This document shows, one piece after another, positions 63,901-64,000 of a DNA stretch of 64,000 nt (positions are counted from its first letter, which is position 1; the number at the start of each line of letters is the position of its first letter). The position numbers and the translations under genes are program-made. Source of the DNA: Eledone cirrhosa (lineage: Eukaryota); the NCBI GenBank assembly GCA_964016885.1, contig OZ024744.1, positions 18,352,001 through 18,416,000 of the forward strand, in the 5' to 3' direction. The notes beneath the pieces were generated by a model. The model saw only the letters and a program-made list of their open reading frames with translations. It was not told the origin of the DNA and did not search any database.

Positions 63901-64000
63901 TGTATCTTTGTGTATGTCTACGTCACTGTGTATGTCACTGTGTGTTTCTGAATGTCTGTGTCTTTGTGTATGTCACTGTACCTTTGTGTAATGTCTGTGT
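60950..64000 (+). repeat. Third, partial copy of the domain-B higher-order unit
   Basis: Offset 7923 against 53077/61000, 53267/61190, 54263/62186. ORFs 62404 and 62480 are identical to 40328 and 40404. Confidence 0.85.

Larger units (their letters stand above)
1..64000 (+). repeat. Tandem satellite array, 38-bp monomer GTCACTGTGTATGTCACTGTGTGTTTCTGTATGTCTGT, ~1,700 copies, running off both window ends
   Basis: The monomer is readable throughout. Its internal structure is 12+12+8+6 bp. Length variants of 26, 28 and 50 bp occur. No non-satellite sequence was seen. Confidence 0.99.
39601..64000 (+). repeat. Satellite sub-domain B (~7.7-kb higher-order period)
   Basis: Diagnostic variants seen only here: GTAACGTTG (12 copies at 39948, 43010, 44697, 46282, 47932, 48377, 52364, 53949, 55751, 56132, 61872, 63636), GTACCTT, CTACGTCAC, GTTACAGTATG, GTTACTTTATC, CACTGAATG. 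Confidence 0.9.

Noticed and set aside
1-64000. Hundreds of overlapping + strand ORFs (Cys/Val/His-rich, up to 957 aa at 20097-22970) that resemble metallothionein, zinc-finger or membrane proteins
   Set aside because: All three frames are open together and give the same peptide, because 38 is not divisible by 3 and the consensus lacks stops. Stops and frameshifts are scattered at random and there is no unique coding sequence.
1-64000. CRISPR-like array (repeat length in CRISPR range)
   Set aside because: Monomers are head to tail with no unique spacers, leader or cas genes.
1-64000. Telomeric repeat or G-quadruplex array
   Set aside because: The consensus has no GG runs, and the multi-kb duplication structure indicates recombinational amplification.
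1-64000. Assignment to a named satellite family, centromere, or germline-restricted DNA
   Set aside because: I do not recognise the monomer. This would need a database search, CENP-A data or germline/soma coverage comparison.

Overview
The whole 64-kb window is one uninterrupted tandem satellite/minisatellite array, typical of a eukaryotic genome. It holds about 1,700 copies of a 38-bp monomer, consensus GTCACTGTGTAT-GTCACTGTGTGT-TTCTGTAT-GTCTGT (T18 G10 C6 A4, no CpG). I see no credible gene, RNA gene, transposon or CRISPR array. The ORF track is an artefact, because the + strand consensus has no stop codon in any frame. The structure within the array is: (1) two variant domains, A (1 to ~39.6 kb) and B (~39.6 to 64 kb), with a sharp boundary and a shared ancestral higher-order unit; (2) nested duplications from 76 bp to ~7.8 kb, some almost identical; (3) the only strand switch, a 119-bp inverted segment (58782-58900) that is a perfect reverse-complement copy of 59310-59428 and sits at a higher-order register break; (4) two perfect RAG-type RSS heptamers (CACAGTG) per consensus monomer on the minus strand, with nonamer-like motifs at 12- and 22-bp spacing. 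All comparisons were made by eye or from ORF-track offsets, and the organism cannot be identified from this window.
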